In this document: positions 28,629 through 38,423 of the stretch, in pieces | How the letters are laid out: each line of letters opens with the position of its first letter | Numbering within the stretch: the first letter of the stretch is position 1 | DNA from: an uncultured Bacteroidota bacterium | GTDB taxonomy: Bacteria > Bacteroidota > Bacteroidia > Bacteroidales > GCA-2748055 | Reading direction: 5' to 3' | Assembly: GCA_963747365.1 (NCBI GenBank) | Contig: CAVVFB010000006.1 | Coordinates: forward strand, 148,040 to 212,039 | DNA length: 64,000 nt | The notes under the pieces: model-generated | Database searches by the model: none | Seen by the model: only the letters and a program-made list of their open reading frames with translations | What the model was told of the DNA's origin: nothing | Made by a program: the position numbers and the translations under genes

Positions 28629-31600
28629 GTGAAAAGGTTACCGCTCCTGTTTACCCTGATGCTGATCTCTTTTGGAGGGTCAGCACAGACCTATCAATTT
28701 TTCAATTTTGGTTTAGCCGAGGGGTTGTGCGACAAATTTGCCTATACCATTAACCAGGATCCCGATGGATTCCTATGGGTAGGTACCGGCCAGGGCCTTT
28801 GCCGTTTCGATGGCAAAGTGTTTGAACAGGAGTTTCAGGGGGATTCGGTTCCTTCGAGCATCGCTTTTTGCAGCCTGCTCGACTCCAGGGGAAGGTTATG
28901 GTTCGGACACGATAATGGTATGATTTCCATGCTGGAAGAGGGCCGTTTCAGGCAAATCACACCTTTGGAGGGTCCGCGTTCATCCATACATGCCATCCGC
29001 GAAGATGCCGGTGGAAACATCATTGCGCTTCTGCAGCAGAGTGGCCTTATGATTATTTCTCCCAATCTTGAGGTTCGCTATGTGGGCGGAGTTCCGGGAG
29101 ACCAGAATAATCCCTTTGCAGGCAAGTTTCTGAATAATTTTCAGATCACCCCCGAGGGAGTATTGTTGGTGGGATCAAACGACGGGCTGAGCATCTTCCG
29201 CTTTGATGAATCGCTGGATACCTATGTTCATACCGGAGATATCGCCGAACTGCGTTACATGGTGGTTCAGGAGATCGTCTCTGCCATCCATCCGGGTGAA
29301 TTCTGGGTGGGTACAGAAGATGAAGGGATCTTCTCAATCACAGGAAGCGGGTACGACCCCTTGCAGTTTGAAGTCCACAAGATCGGTGAGCAGGCGGGAC
29401 TGGGATATGCCCGTGTTACATCGATCCGGTTTGATGGCAGGCGAAGGGTCTGGATTACCGATTATGGCAAGGGGATCCACCGGATTGAGCTTGACGAAAA
29501 TGGTATGATTGGAAACTCCGTTCTTTTCAGCGAGGAGAACGGCATTCCGGATGAGTACATCAACCAGGTTTTTATCGATGAGGAGGGTAACCAGTGGTTT
29601 TCCTCCCAGGGGAACGGAATTGCTGTATTACGAGACCAGGCATTCACTTTTATTGATATATGGGATGAAGTGCAGTTCCCCGGGGTGAGTGCCGTATGTA
29701 ACAGGGGGACCGATTACTGGTTCGGAGGCAATTCCAGGCTTGCTTATTACTCAGAGGTGAGTGAGAGATATTCCTACCTTGGAACAAGCGACGGATTACC
29801 GGCAGACGATGTCACCGCTCTGTACCTTGATTCAGGTAATGATCTCTATATCGGAACCAGGGAGAGTGGCCTGTATATGAAGGAGGATGGGAGCCTTCGG
29901 ATCCGTCCCCTGCTTGTTTCAGGGAATTCACTGGACAATATCATAAACGCCATTGACGGGAACGGGGATAGTATCTTCGTGGCTACCAATAATGGCGTCT
30001 ACACATACAATCAGGCCAACGGACATCGCACCTACTTTTCAACCACCAATGGTCTCCCCCATAACAAAGTGAACGATATCCTGGTAGATCGCGAGGGGGT
30101 TGCCTGGGTGGCAACACTCACAAGCGGCTTGTTTGGGATCAGGTCCAATCAGGAGATAGAGGAAGTAATTATAGAAGGAAAACCAAAGCTTGAGTTCATC
30201 TCCCTTGCGGAGGATAAGAACGGGGCGATCTGGGCAGGTACCTATGGAGATGGTGTCTTTATGTTTGATGATGACACCCTGTCGTGGTTCAACGCAGAAA
30301 CAGGCCTGAAAAGTGATTATACCTATTCGATCGGTCTCGATCCCAGGGGATACGTTTGGATCGGTCACAGGGAGGGATTTAGCCGCATCGATCCTCAAAG
30401 GAAGATGATCCGGACTTTTGGGAAAGAGGAAGGTTTTACATCCGACATATCGCGCAATGCATCCATCAGCACCCCATCCGGAGGCCTGCTGTTTGGTTCC
30501 ACCCTTGGTGTGATCAGGTATGATGCCTTTCAGGCGAAAGAGGATACCATCCCGCCAAGATTAAGTCTTAAATCGGTGGTTATCTCAGATATACCCTTTG
30601 ATCCCACCCGGCCTATCAGGCTTAAGTATGACAGGTATCGTATACGGATCGATTTTGTGGGAATCAATCTGAGTAATCCCGAGCAGGTTACCTACCAGTA
30701 TAAACTTGAGGGTTATGAAGATGAGTGGTCCGATGTTTCCGGGGTATCCTACGCCTTTTACGGAAGGGTGGAGGATGGGAATTACCACTTTCTCCTCAGG
30801 GCGTGTGACAGCAATGGGAATTGTACGATGGAACCCATCAGCCTCGAGATCGTTGTTAAAATTCCCATCTGGAAAGCCTGGTGGTTTATCACCACTGCCA
30901 TTTTACTGGTTCTGGCCACCATCTTTATTATTTTCAAAATAAGGGAGAGAAACCAGAAGGCGATTCAGGAATATCTTCAGCGTCAGCTGGATGAACGTAC
31001 CAGGGAGGTGATTATGCAGAAGGAGGAGATCGAGGTGAAGAACCGGGATATTACCGACTCCATTAACTATGCCCAGCGGATTCAGGCCAGCATCCTGCCA
31101 CCCATCAAAAAACTTCATGACGCATTTTCGGGCAGCTTCGTTTTTTATCAGCCCAGGGATATTGTGAGCGGGGACTTTTACTGGTATGAGCGGGTAGCGG
31201 AGGACCGGTTTATGGTGGTTTGTGCAGACTCCACCGGGCATGGGGTTCCGGGAGCCTTTATGTCCATGATCGGTACCACACTGATCAAGGATATTTGTCT
31301 CAGGGCCGGTATCCAGAAACCTTCGCAGGTACTCATTACCCTTGATAATGAGGTACGGGAGTCCCTTAATCAGAATAAGGAGGCCAGTGGTTCCAATGAC
31401 GGAATGGATATTATTGTGGCCGAGATAGATACGAAAAGTCATAAATTAACGGTGAGTTCGGCCATGCGACCTGTGATTGTTTACGCAGGAGATGAGCAGA
31501 TCTATATCAAAGGGAGTCGCAGCTCCATTGGAGGTCAAATGGACGAGGACCGGTCGGAGAAAGATTTCATAGACCAGGTGTTCCAGCTGAAGAAGGGAGA

Positions 31601-31811
31601 TATTATATACATGTTTTCGGATGGTTATCCCGATCAGTTTGGCGGACCGCTGGGCAGAAAATTCAAGATGGTGAGACTCAAGAACCTGTTGAGGGATATC
31701 CATGAAAAGCCCATGGAGGAGCAGTATAACTATATCAAAAGCAACTTTTTCCTCTGGAAGGAGGATCTTGAACAGGTGGATGATGTACTCTTTATGGGGA
31801 TCAAGTTGTAG
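28629..31811 (+). CDS. Membrane-anchored sensor: two-component-regulator beta-propeller repeats, Y_Y_Y domain, one TM segment, and a cytoplasmic PP2C/SpoIIE phosphatase
   Basis: 1060 aa. The GTG start gives a signal peptide (KRLPLLFTLMLISFGGSAQ). Propeller repeats are present (D..G.LW.GT..GL), followed by the Y_Y_Y block (YQYKLEGYEDEWSD) and a TM segment (WWFITTAILLVLATIFIIF). The PP2C blocks are SGDFYWY, CADSTGHGVPGAF, DGMD, FSDGY.DQFGG and DDVLFMGIKL. Confidence 0.88.
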   Translation: MKRLPLLFTLMLISFGGSAQTYQFFNFGLAEGLCDKFAYTINQDPDGFLWVGTGQGLCRFDGKVFEQEFQGDSVPSSIAFCSLLDSRGRLWFGHDNGMISMLEEGRFRQITPLEGPRSSIHAIREDAGGNIIALLQQSGLMIISPNLEVRYVGGVPGDQNNPFAGKFLNNFQITPEGVLLVGSNDGLSIFRFDESLDTYVHTGDIAELRYMVVQEIVSAIHPGEFWVGTEDEGIFSITGSGYDPLQFEVHKIGEQAGLGYARVTSIRFDGRRRVWITDYGKGIHRIELDENGMIGNSVLFSEENGIPDEYINQVFIDEEGNQWFSSQGNGIAVLRDQAFTFIDIWDEVQFPGVSAVCNRGTDYWFGGNSRLAYYSEVSERYSYLGTSDGLPADDVTALYLDSGNDLYIGTRESGLYMKEDGSLRIRPLLVSGNSLDNIINAIDGNGDSIFVATNNGVYTYNQANGHRTYFSTTNGLPHNKVNDILVDREGVAWVATLTSGLFGIRSNQEIEEVIIEGKPKLEFISLAEDKNGAIWAGTYGDGVFMFDDDTLSWFNAETGLKSDYTYSIGLDPRGYVWIGHREGFSRIDPQRKMIRTFGKEEGFTSDISRNASISTPSGGLLFGSTLGVIRYDAFQAKEDTIPPRLSLKSVVISDIPFDPTRPIRLKYDRYRIRIDFVGINLSNPEQVTYQYKLEGYEDEWSDVSGVSYAFYGRVEDGNYHFLLRACDSNGNCTMEPISLEIVVKIPIWKAWWFITTAILLVLATIFIIFKIRERNQKAIQEYLQRQLDERTREVIMQKEEIEVKNRDITDSINYAQRIQASILPPIKKLHDAFSGSFVFYQPRDIVSGDFYWYERVAEDRFMVVCADSTGHGVPGAFMSMIGTTLIKDICLRAGIQKPSQVLITLDNEVRESLNQNKEASGSNDGMDIIVAEIDTKSHKLTVSSAMRPVIVYAGDEQIYIKGSRSSIGGQMDEDRSEKDFIDQVFQLKKGDIIYMFSDGYPDQFGGPLGRKFKMVRLKNLLRDIHEKPMEEQYNYIKSNFFLWKEDLEQVDDVLFMGIKL

Positions 31812-31825
31812 GCAGGTGAGCCATC

Positions 31826-32344
31826 CTAATACTGATCCAGGTCAATCCCGCTTAATACAATCACATCGGTGGTATCTGTATTACTCCTGTTAAAACTCCT
31901 GTCCATGATGTAGAAGGTATAGAAAATTGTGTCGTGGACGATAACCGGGTATGAAATATCCAGATCCATGGTGCCCTTCGTTGGATGTTTATTCAGATAG
32001 GGTATCCGGTATTTCAGAATCCCGCCACTGGATTCGGGTATCTTTACATACTCATATCCCTCGAGGTCATATAACTGCAGGAAGAAATTGTACTTTAAGC
32101 TGTCTGGAAGGAGTGGATTTGAGTTTTCCTCAAACGGTTGCAATCCCAGGTTTCCGTCCCCATCGGTAAAATCGAAGGTAATCCTGCCAATCACCACTTT
32201 ATTGCCAAGTTCATCCTCGGAAATATAGATTCCAAATCCCTGGTAGTCCACCACCGGTTCGTCGGGGTAAACCTCAGTGACCTCATTGCAGGAGACCAGC
32301 AGTATCAATCCCATCCAAAAGGCAAAGCGTGCAAGTTTCATCAT
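31826..32344 (-). CDS. Hypothetical lipoprotein
   Basis: 172 aa with lipobox LLVSC and a FDFTDGDGNLG acidic motif. The function is unknown. Confidence 0.6.
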   Translation of the reverse strand: MMKLARFAFWMGLILLVSCNEVTEVYPDEPVVDYQGFGIYISEDELGNKVVIGRITFDFTDGDGNLGLQPFEENSNPLLPDSLKYNFFLQLYDLEGYEYVKIPESSGGILKYRIPYLNKHPTKGTMDLDISYPVIVHDTIFYTFYIMDRSFNRSNTDTTDVIVLSGIDLDQY

Positions 32345-32368
32345 ACTCTTTTACTACAAAAATCCTGC

Positions 32369-33682
32369 CTATTTTTTCCGCATGAATATTTTTATTGGAA
32401 CACCCGTAAAAGAAAAATGTTCCCTGATCTTATTTTCAAGGTATCGCATGTACGACTCCCGCACATATTGAGGGAGGTTGCAGTAAAATGCGAAAGAGGG
32501 GGCGTGGGTAGGAAGCTGGGTCACATATTTTATCTGAATAAATTTTCCTTTTACCGATGGGGGATGATTTGTTTCAATGGCTTCCTGCATCACCTCGTTA
32601 AGCCTGGAGGTGGGAATTCGCTGTATTCGATTCTTATAAACCTGAACGGCCAATTCCAACGCCTTGTGGATTCTCTGTTTTGTGAGCGCCGATACAAACA
32701 GAATGGGTACATCATCGAAGGGTTCCAGCCTGAGCCTGATCTGTTTTTCAAACTCCTTCATGGTTTGGGTCTCCTTCTCCACCAGGTCCCATTTGTTTAC
32801 CAGTAACACCACACCTTTCCAGTTTCTTTCGATCAGGCGAAAGACATTCACATCCTGTGCCTCGATCCCGATGGTGGCATCAATCATCAGGAGGCACACA
32901 TCCGAATTTTCAATGGCCCTTACCGACCGCATCACCGAGTAAAATTCCAGGTCCTCTTTCACCTTGCTCTTTTTTCTCAGACCGGCAGTATCCACCAGGA
33001 TAAAGTCATGGTTGAATTTGGTATACCTGGTATTGATGGAGTCCCGGGTGGTTCCGGATATGGGAGTTACAATGTTCCGCTCTTCTCCCACCAGAGCATT
33101 CACAAATGAGGATTTCCCAACATTGGGACGTCCCACCACAGCAAACTTAGGAATCTCTTCCTCCACAACCTCCTCTTTCTTGTCTCCGAAGAGCGAAGTG
33201 AGGTGGTCGAGTAACTCACCTGTTCCGCTTCCGTTGATGGAAGAGAGGGGGTAGTAATCTCCAAGTCCCAGACCGTAAAAAGTGGTGGCTTCAAAGAGCC
33301 GCTGGGAGTTATCCACTTTATTGACCACCAGCACCACCGGTTTTTTGATTTTTCTCAGCATCGCCGCAACGGTTGCATCCAGGTCTGTGATGCCGGAAAT
33401 TACATCTACCAGGAAGACCACTACATCGGCCTCATCTATGGCCAGAATCACCTGTTTACGGATCTCCTCCTCAAACACGTCATCGGAGTTAACTACATAT
33501 CCGCCGGTGTCGATGATGCTGAATTCGTGGCCATTCCAGATTACCTTCCCATAGTGACGATCACGGGTTACACCGCTCTCCTCGTCCACGATCGCCTGCC
33601 TGGATTCCGTGAGACGATTGAAAAAGGTTGATTTACCTACGTTTGGTCTTCCGACAATGGCCACTATTTTCCCCATATGCAA
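32369..33682 (-). CDS. der: Ribosome biogenesis GTPase Der (EngA)
   Basis: 437 aa with two tandem GTPase domains (GRPNVGKST and [25 protein letters not shown]) and a KH-like C-terminus. Confidence 0.96.
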   Translation of the reverse strand: MHMGKIVAIVGRPNVGKSTFFNRLTESRQAIVDEESGVTRDRHYGKVIWNGHEFSIIDTGGYVVNSDDVFEEEIRKQVILAIDEADVVVFLVDVISGITDLDATVAAMLRKIKKPVVLVVNKVDNSQRLFEATTFYGLGLGDYYPLSSINGSGTGELLDHLTSLFGDKKEEVVEEEIPKFAVVGRPNVGKSSFVNALVGEERNIVTPISGTTRDSINTRYTKFNHDFILVDTAGLRKKSKVKEDLEFYSVMRSVRAIENSDVCLLMIDATIGIEAQDVNVFRLIERNWKGVVLLVNKWDLVEKETQTMKEFEKQIRLRLEPFDDVPILFVSALTKQRIHKALELAVQVYKNRIQRIPTSRLNEVMQEAIETNHPPSVKGKFIQIKYVTQLPTHAPSFAFYCNLPQYVRESYMRYLENKIREHFSFTGVPIKIFMRKK

Positions 33683-33688
33683 ATTGAT

Positions 33689-34567
33689 TTAGAGGTATCC
33701 GAATTTCCTGATCTGTTTCTCGTTGTTTCGCCAATCCTTATTCACTTTGACCTTCATTTCCAGGAAAACCTTCTTATTAAAAAAAGCTTCCATATCAAGT
33801 CGTGAATCCCGCCCTACCCTTTTCAGGGCTTTTCCACCGTTCCCGATCAGGATGCCCTTCTGACTCTCTCTCTCCACATAAATGACCGCATAAATCCTGA
33901 TCAGATTTGCCTCCTCCTTGAAGGATTCAATCTCAACCTCCACAGCATAGGGGATCTCCTGTTTATACTGTAGAAGGATTTTTTCCCTGATCATTTCGCC
34001 GGTGAGGAATCTTTCGGATTTATCGGTGAGTGCATCTTTGGGGTAGTAGGGAGGAGATTCGGGAAGGTAGTGGAGAATCCGGCGGAAAACCAGGTCAACA
34101 TTGAATTTCACAAGGGCACTGATGGGTATCTTTTCCGCTTTGGGGAGGATCCCATCCCACATCTGGATGGCTTCGGTAACCTGTTCCTGGTTACTAAGGT
34201 CGATTTTATTGATGACCAGAAGAACCGGTGTTTTGAACTTCACCAGTTTTCTCAGGAAAGTCTCCTCAGGATCCGGTTTCTCACCGATTTCGGACATGTA
34301 GACAATTACATCGGCATCCACAAGGGCTGACCGGGCAGCCTTGAGCATGGCTTCCTGCAGTTTGTAGTTGGGTTCCAGAATTCCGGGTGTGTCAGAAAAG
34401 ATTACCTGGTAATTTGGATCATTCACAATCCCAAGGATCCGGTGACGTGTAGTCTGGGCCTTGGCCGTGATAATGGAGAGTTTTTCACCTACCATGGCAT
34501 TCATCAGCGTGGATTTCCCCACATTGGGTTTTCCGAGGATGTTTACATATCCTGCTTTATGCTCCAT
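33689..34567 (-). CDS. era: GTPase Era
   Basis: 292 aa with GKPNVGKST, DTPG, INKID and a C-terminal KH domain. Confidence 0.95.
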   Translation of the reverse strand: MEHKAGYVNILGKPNVGKSTLMNAMVGEKLSIITAKAQTTRHRILGIVNDPNYQVIFSDTPGILEPNYKLQEAMLKAARSALVDADVIVYMSEIGEKPDPEETFLRKLVKFKTPVLLVINKIDLSNQEQVTEAIQMWDGILPKAEKIPISALVKFNVDLVFRRILHYLPESPPYYPKDALTDKSERFLTGEMIREKILLQYKQEIPYAVEVEIESFKEEANLIRIYAVIYVERESQKGILIGNGGKALKRVGRDSRLDMEAFFNKKVFLEMKVKVNKDWRNNEKQIRKFGYL

Positions 34568-34571
34568 GGAC

Positions 34572-35471
34572 CTATTCGTATGCGTTCATTTTTAAGCGAC
34601 TCACCTCCTGATCGGTAAGGAAACGCCATTTACCCCTGAGAAGGTTCTTTTTAGTGAGACCGGCAAAGTAGACCCGGTCGAGGCGGGTTACACGGTATTC
34701 CAGGTGTTCAAACATCCTCCTTACAACCCGGTTGCGACCCGAATGGATCTCAAGTCCGACCTCCTTTTTGCTGTCGGCCGTCACATAGCTGATCCCATCG
34801 GCCTGAATAAAACCATCCTCAAGGGTTACCCCTTCGGATAGTTGCTTCATATGGGCAGCAGTGATCCCTTTGTCCAGGTAAACATGGTAAATCTTCTTCT
34901 TGTTATAACCCGGATGGGTTAATTTCTTAGCAAGTTCACCATCGTTTGTAAAAAGCAGCACCCCGGTGGTTTGCCGGTCGAGCCGTCCGACCGGGTAGAT
35001 CCTTTCGGGACATGCTCCCTCCACCAGCATCATCACGGTTTTTCGTTCCCTGGGATCGTCGGTGGTAGTCACATAATCTTTTGGTTTATTCAAAAGCAGG
35101 TATACTTTCCGCTCGGTCTGCATCCGTTTCCCGTTGTAACGTACATCATCACCAGGAGATATCTTTGTCCCCAGCTCGGTGATACTCTTGCCGTTCACTG
35201 TGATGACCCCAGCCGAGATCAACTGGTCAGCCTCCCGCCTGGAACAGATTCCCGATGAAGCAATGAATTTATTAAGCCTGATGGAGTCATCTCCTGCAGC
35301 CTTAACAGGTTTCCCACCCTTTTTGGGGCTATCTTTGGAAAAGCTGCTGCCTTTGCCCTCCTTTAAATCACCGCTCTGCCTGCTCTTGCCAAATGTGACG
35401 GATTCGTGTCGCAGTTTCCCATCCTGCCTGCTTTTACGGAACTTGTTTTTATCTGGTCCGGTTTTGTCCAA
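34572..35471 (-). CDS. rRNA pseudouridine synthase (RsuA/RluB family) with S4 domain and a basic N-terminal extension
   Basis: 299 aa. It has the S4 block (IRLNKFIASSGICSRREADQLI..G.ITVNG) and the catalytic block (PVGRLDRQTTGVLLFTNDGE). Confidence 0.88.
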   Translation of the reverse strand: MDKTGPDKNKFRKSRQDGKLRHESVTFGKSRQSGDLKEGKGSSFSKDSPKKGGKPVKAAGDDSIRLNKFIASSGICSRREADQLISAGVITVNGKSITELGTKISPGDDVRYNGKRMQTERKVYLLLNKPKDYVTTTDDPRERKTVMMLVEGACPERIYPVGRLDRQTTGVLLFTNDGELAKKLTHPGYNKKKIYHVYLDKGITAAHMKQLSEGVTLEDGFIQADGISYVTADSKKEVGLEIHSGRNRVVRRMFEHLEYRVTRLDRVYFAGLTKKNLLRGKWRFLTDQEVSRLKMNAYE

Positions 35472-35502
35472 TTCCCTGATTATTAGTTGTTGTTAAAAGC
35501 TA

Positions 35503-35510
35503 CAAAGATA
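35503..35510 (-). promoter_or_regulatory. Candidate -7 box (TATCTTTG) for the pseudouridine synthase/era/der gene string
   Basis: The reverse complement of caaagata matches TAnnTTTG about 32 nt upstream of the ATG at 35471. Confidence 0.4.
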
Positions 35511-35600
35511 CAGCTAATTGGTAAACATTGTTGACATAATAGTTTTAACTTTAGGGTCGTTTTAAAAAATGGATTTCTTACATATTTAATAATTAGGGAA

Positions 35601-36989
35601 ATGAGTCTGGTTATTTCAATTTCGGGAATCAGAGGTACCATTGGGGGTCGCCCCGGTGAAGGTTTAACTCCAATGGATACCGTTCGTTTTGCATCCTCCT
35701 ACGGTGCCTGGTTGAGGGAGCAAACCGGGAAAGAGCGTCCGCTTGTTGTCATGGGCCGGGATGCCCGCATATCCGGCCCCCTTGTCGAGCAGCTTGTGGC
35801 TGCAACTCTTTCCTTTATGGGGATCGATGTGTTGAACGCAGGACTTGCTACCACACCGACCGTTGAGCTGGCAGTTACCCGGACAAAATCCGATGGTGGA
35901 ATCATCCTTACAGCCAGTCACAATCCGGCCCAGTGGAATGCACTGAAACTACTCAATGGAAAGGGTGAGTTTCTCTCAGCAAAGGAGGGTGAATCCATTC
36001 TGAGGAGAGCCCTTGAAGACGATTTTAATTACGCGGAGATAAATAATCTGGGGTCGGTTAAACCTTTGGAAGGAATAGATATCCAACATATCAGTGAAGT
36101 AGTTGGGTTGAAGCTGGTGGATGTTGAAAAGATCAAAGCAAAAAAGTTCCGTGTGGCCATCGATTGTGTAAATTCTGTAGGGGGAATCATCCTGCCAGAG
36201 CTTCTGAAAGCTTTGGGGGTGGAAGATATTGTGGAACTCTATTGCGAACCCCATGGCAGATTTCCTCACAATCCCGAGCCCCTTCCTGAGAATCTCACGG
36301 AAATTTCTGCCGTAATGATCCGGGAGGGTGCCGATGTGGGTTTCGTTGTGGATCCCGATGTGGACCGGCTGGCCATTGTTTGTGAAGACGGTTCCATGTT
36401 TGGCGAAGAATACACACTGGTGGCTGTGGCTGATTATGTGCTGCGGCACACCCCTGGAAACACTGCATCGAACCTTTCGTCCACCAGGGCACTCAGGGAC
36501 GTAACAGAAGGATATGGATATACCTACGTACCTTCCGCAGTGGGAGAAGTGAATGTGGTGGAGGCGATGAAGGCAAATCATTGTGTCATCGGGGGTGAAG
36601 GTAACGGTGGGGTGATTTATCCCGGGCTTCATTATGGCCGGGATGCCCTGGTCGGGATTGCACTGTTCCTCACTCACCTTGCGGAAAGCGGACTTTCCTG
36701 CAGTCAGCTGAGGCAGAAATATCCCGATTATTCCATCTCAAAAAACAAAATTGTGCTGCCCGGAGGAACTGATCCCGACCTCGTACTGGATGCTTTTAAG
36801 AAGGAGTATGCCCATTACCGGGTAAACACTGTCGATGGTGTAAAGGTGGATATGCCCGAAGGGTGGGTGCACCTGCGCAAATCCAATACGGAACCGATCA
36901 TCAGACTTTATGCCGAGGCTGAAAGCAGTAAGGAGGCAGACAGGCTTGCCAGTGAAGCACAGATGACCATAAACAGATTGTTGAATTAA
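35601..36989 (+). CDS. glmM: Phosphoglucosamine mutase
   Basis: 462 aa. It has the N-terminus SISGIRGTIGG, the phosphoserine loop TASHNP, and the metal site DPDVDR. Confidence 0.88.
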   Translation: MSLVISISGIRGTIGGRPGEGLTPMDTVRFASSYGAWLREQTGKERPLVVMGRDARISGPLVEQLVAATLSFMGIDVLNAGLATTPTVELAVTRTKSDGGIILTASHNPAQWNALKLLNGKGEFLSAKEGESILRRALEDDFNYAEINNLGSVKPLEGIDIQHISEVVGLKLVDVEKIKAKKFRVAIDCVNSVGGIILPELLKALGVEDIVELYCEPHGRFPHNPEPLPENLTEISAVMIREGADVGFVVDPDVDRLAIVCEDGSMFGEEYTLVAVADYVLRHTPGNTASNLSSTRALRDVTEGYGYTYVPSAVGEVNVVEAMKANHCVIGGEGNGGVIYPGLHYGRDALVGIALFLTHLAESGLSCSQLRQKYPDYSISKNKIVLPGGTDPDLVLDAFKKEYAHYRVNTVDGVKVDMPEGWVHLRKSNTEPIIRLYAEAESSKEADRLASEAQMTINRLLN

Positions 36990-37015
36990 CAGAATCAAAG
37001 CAAGTATAAAACATC

Positions 37016-38419
37016 ATGAAGAGAAAGACTTTATTGGCCATTGTTATCCCGGTTGTATTGCTCACGGCACTGATCCTGTATTCGGTGCTTTCAGGAAAGG
37101 AGAAGGAGATTGTACTGGAAACACAACCGCAGTTGGGAAGGTTTGAAATTTCAGTCATGATCACAGGGGAACTACAGGCCATACGTGAGACCGAGATCGA
37201 GGCTCCTTCCTCATTGCGCAGCAGGAACATCCGGCTACGCAGTGTGAAGATCCAGGAGCTGATCCCGGAAGGAACCGTTGTTGATTCGGGCGACTGGGTT
37301 GCCACGCTGGACCGCTCGGAAGCTGATAATTCTCTGAAGGACATCATGGACAACCTTGAAAAGTCCGAGTCGGAATACATGCGTACCAAGCTGGATACCA
37401 CCATGCAGTTAAGGCAATTGAGGGATGACCTGATCAACCTGAATTTTGCCAGGGAAGAGGCCGGGATCGCCCTGGAGCAGTCCAAATTCGAACCCCCCGC
37501 CACCATTCGCCAGGCGGAGATCGAACTTGAAAAGGCATCACGGGCCTATGATCAGGCAAAGCAGAACTACTCCCTGAAGGTCAGACAGGCTGAAGCCGAT
37601 ATGCGTAACGCAGAGATCAACCTGGCCAGGGAACAGCGGAGCCAGAAGGAGATGGTCACCGTCCTTACACAATTCGATATCTATGCCCCGGGTTCAGGGA
37701 TGGTGATCTACAAAAGAGACTGGGACGGAACAAAGCGTACTGCCGGTACCGAGATCAATACATGGGACCTGGCCGTTGCCACCCTGCCGGATATGTCCAC
37801 GATGATTTCCCAGACCTATGCCAATGAAATTGATATCAGCAAGATTAAAGTCGGACAGCAGGTGAGGGTCGGGGTGGATGCCTTTCCGGAGAAAAAGTAT
37901 ACCGGTCAGGTGATGGAGGTGGCCAATATAGGGCAGCAGCTACCCAATACTGACGCAAAGGTTTTCGAGGTCCGCATTGAATTGAATGAGAGGGATACCA
38001 TCCTGAGGCCCTCAATGACCACTAGCAACCAGATTATTACCCAGGTTCTTGATAGTGTGATCTTTCTGCCCATGGAGGCGGTCCATGCCAACGACAGCTT
38101 AACATTTGTTTATACCCGTGCAGGTGTAAAACAGGTTGTTGTGCTGGGTGAATCCAATGAGAATTTCATTGTGGTGGAAATGGGGCTCAGGGCAGGAGAG
38201 AAACTCTTCCTCTCCATGCCGGAGGAACCTGAATCGTTCAAATATTCGGGGCTTGAACTCATGGATGTGATTAAGGCACGGAAAGCGGAAGATGTGAAGC
38301 GGATGCAGAATCAGCAACAGGTGAAGAAGAGAACCACCCCTACCCCGCAATCCCGGAATGTGCGTAATCCCAACGGGCAAAAGCCCGCTGGAGAACAGGT
38401 CGCAAGACCACAAGGATAA
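37016..38419 (+). CDS. Efflux transporter periplasmic adaptor (HlyD/MacA-like) with a Gln/Lys-rich disordered tail
   Basis: 467 aa with an N-terminal TM anchor, a long coiled-coil hairpin, a beta-barrel region, and the tail KRMQNQQQVKKRTTPTPQSRNVRNPNGQKP. Confidence 0.85.
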   Translation: MKRKTLLAIVIPVVLLTALILYSVLSGKEKEIVLETQPQLGRFEISVMITGELQAIRETEIEAPSSLRSRNIRLRSVKIQELIPEGTVVDSGDWVATLDRSEADNSLKDIMDNLEKSESEYMRTKLDTTMQLRQLRDDLINLNFAREEAGIALEQSKFEPPATIRQAEIELEKASRAYDQAKQNYSLKVRQAEADMRNAEINLAREQRSQKEMVTVLTQFDIYAPGSGMVIYKRDWDGTKRTAGTEINTWDLAVATLPDMSTMISQTYANEIDISKIKVGQQVRVGVDAFPEKKYTGQVMEVANIGQQLPNTDAKVFEVRIELNERDTILRPSMTTSNQIITQVLDSVIFLPMEAVHANDSLTFVYTRAGVKQVVVLGESNENFIVVEMGLRAGEKLFLSMPEEPESFKYSGLELMDVIKARKAEDVKRMQNQQQVKKRTTPTPQSRNVRNPNGQKPAGEQVARPQG

Positions 38420-38423
38420 AGCT

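Noticed and set aside
35976-37506. Minus-strand ORFs of 233 and 201 aa, opposite glmM and the MacA-like adaptor.
   Set aside because: They are shadow ORFs. The + strand products carry diagnostic motifs (TASHNP, the coiled-coil adaptor). The 201-aa ORF is Ser-rich low complexity.
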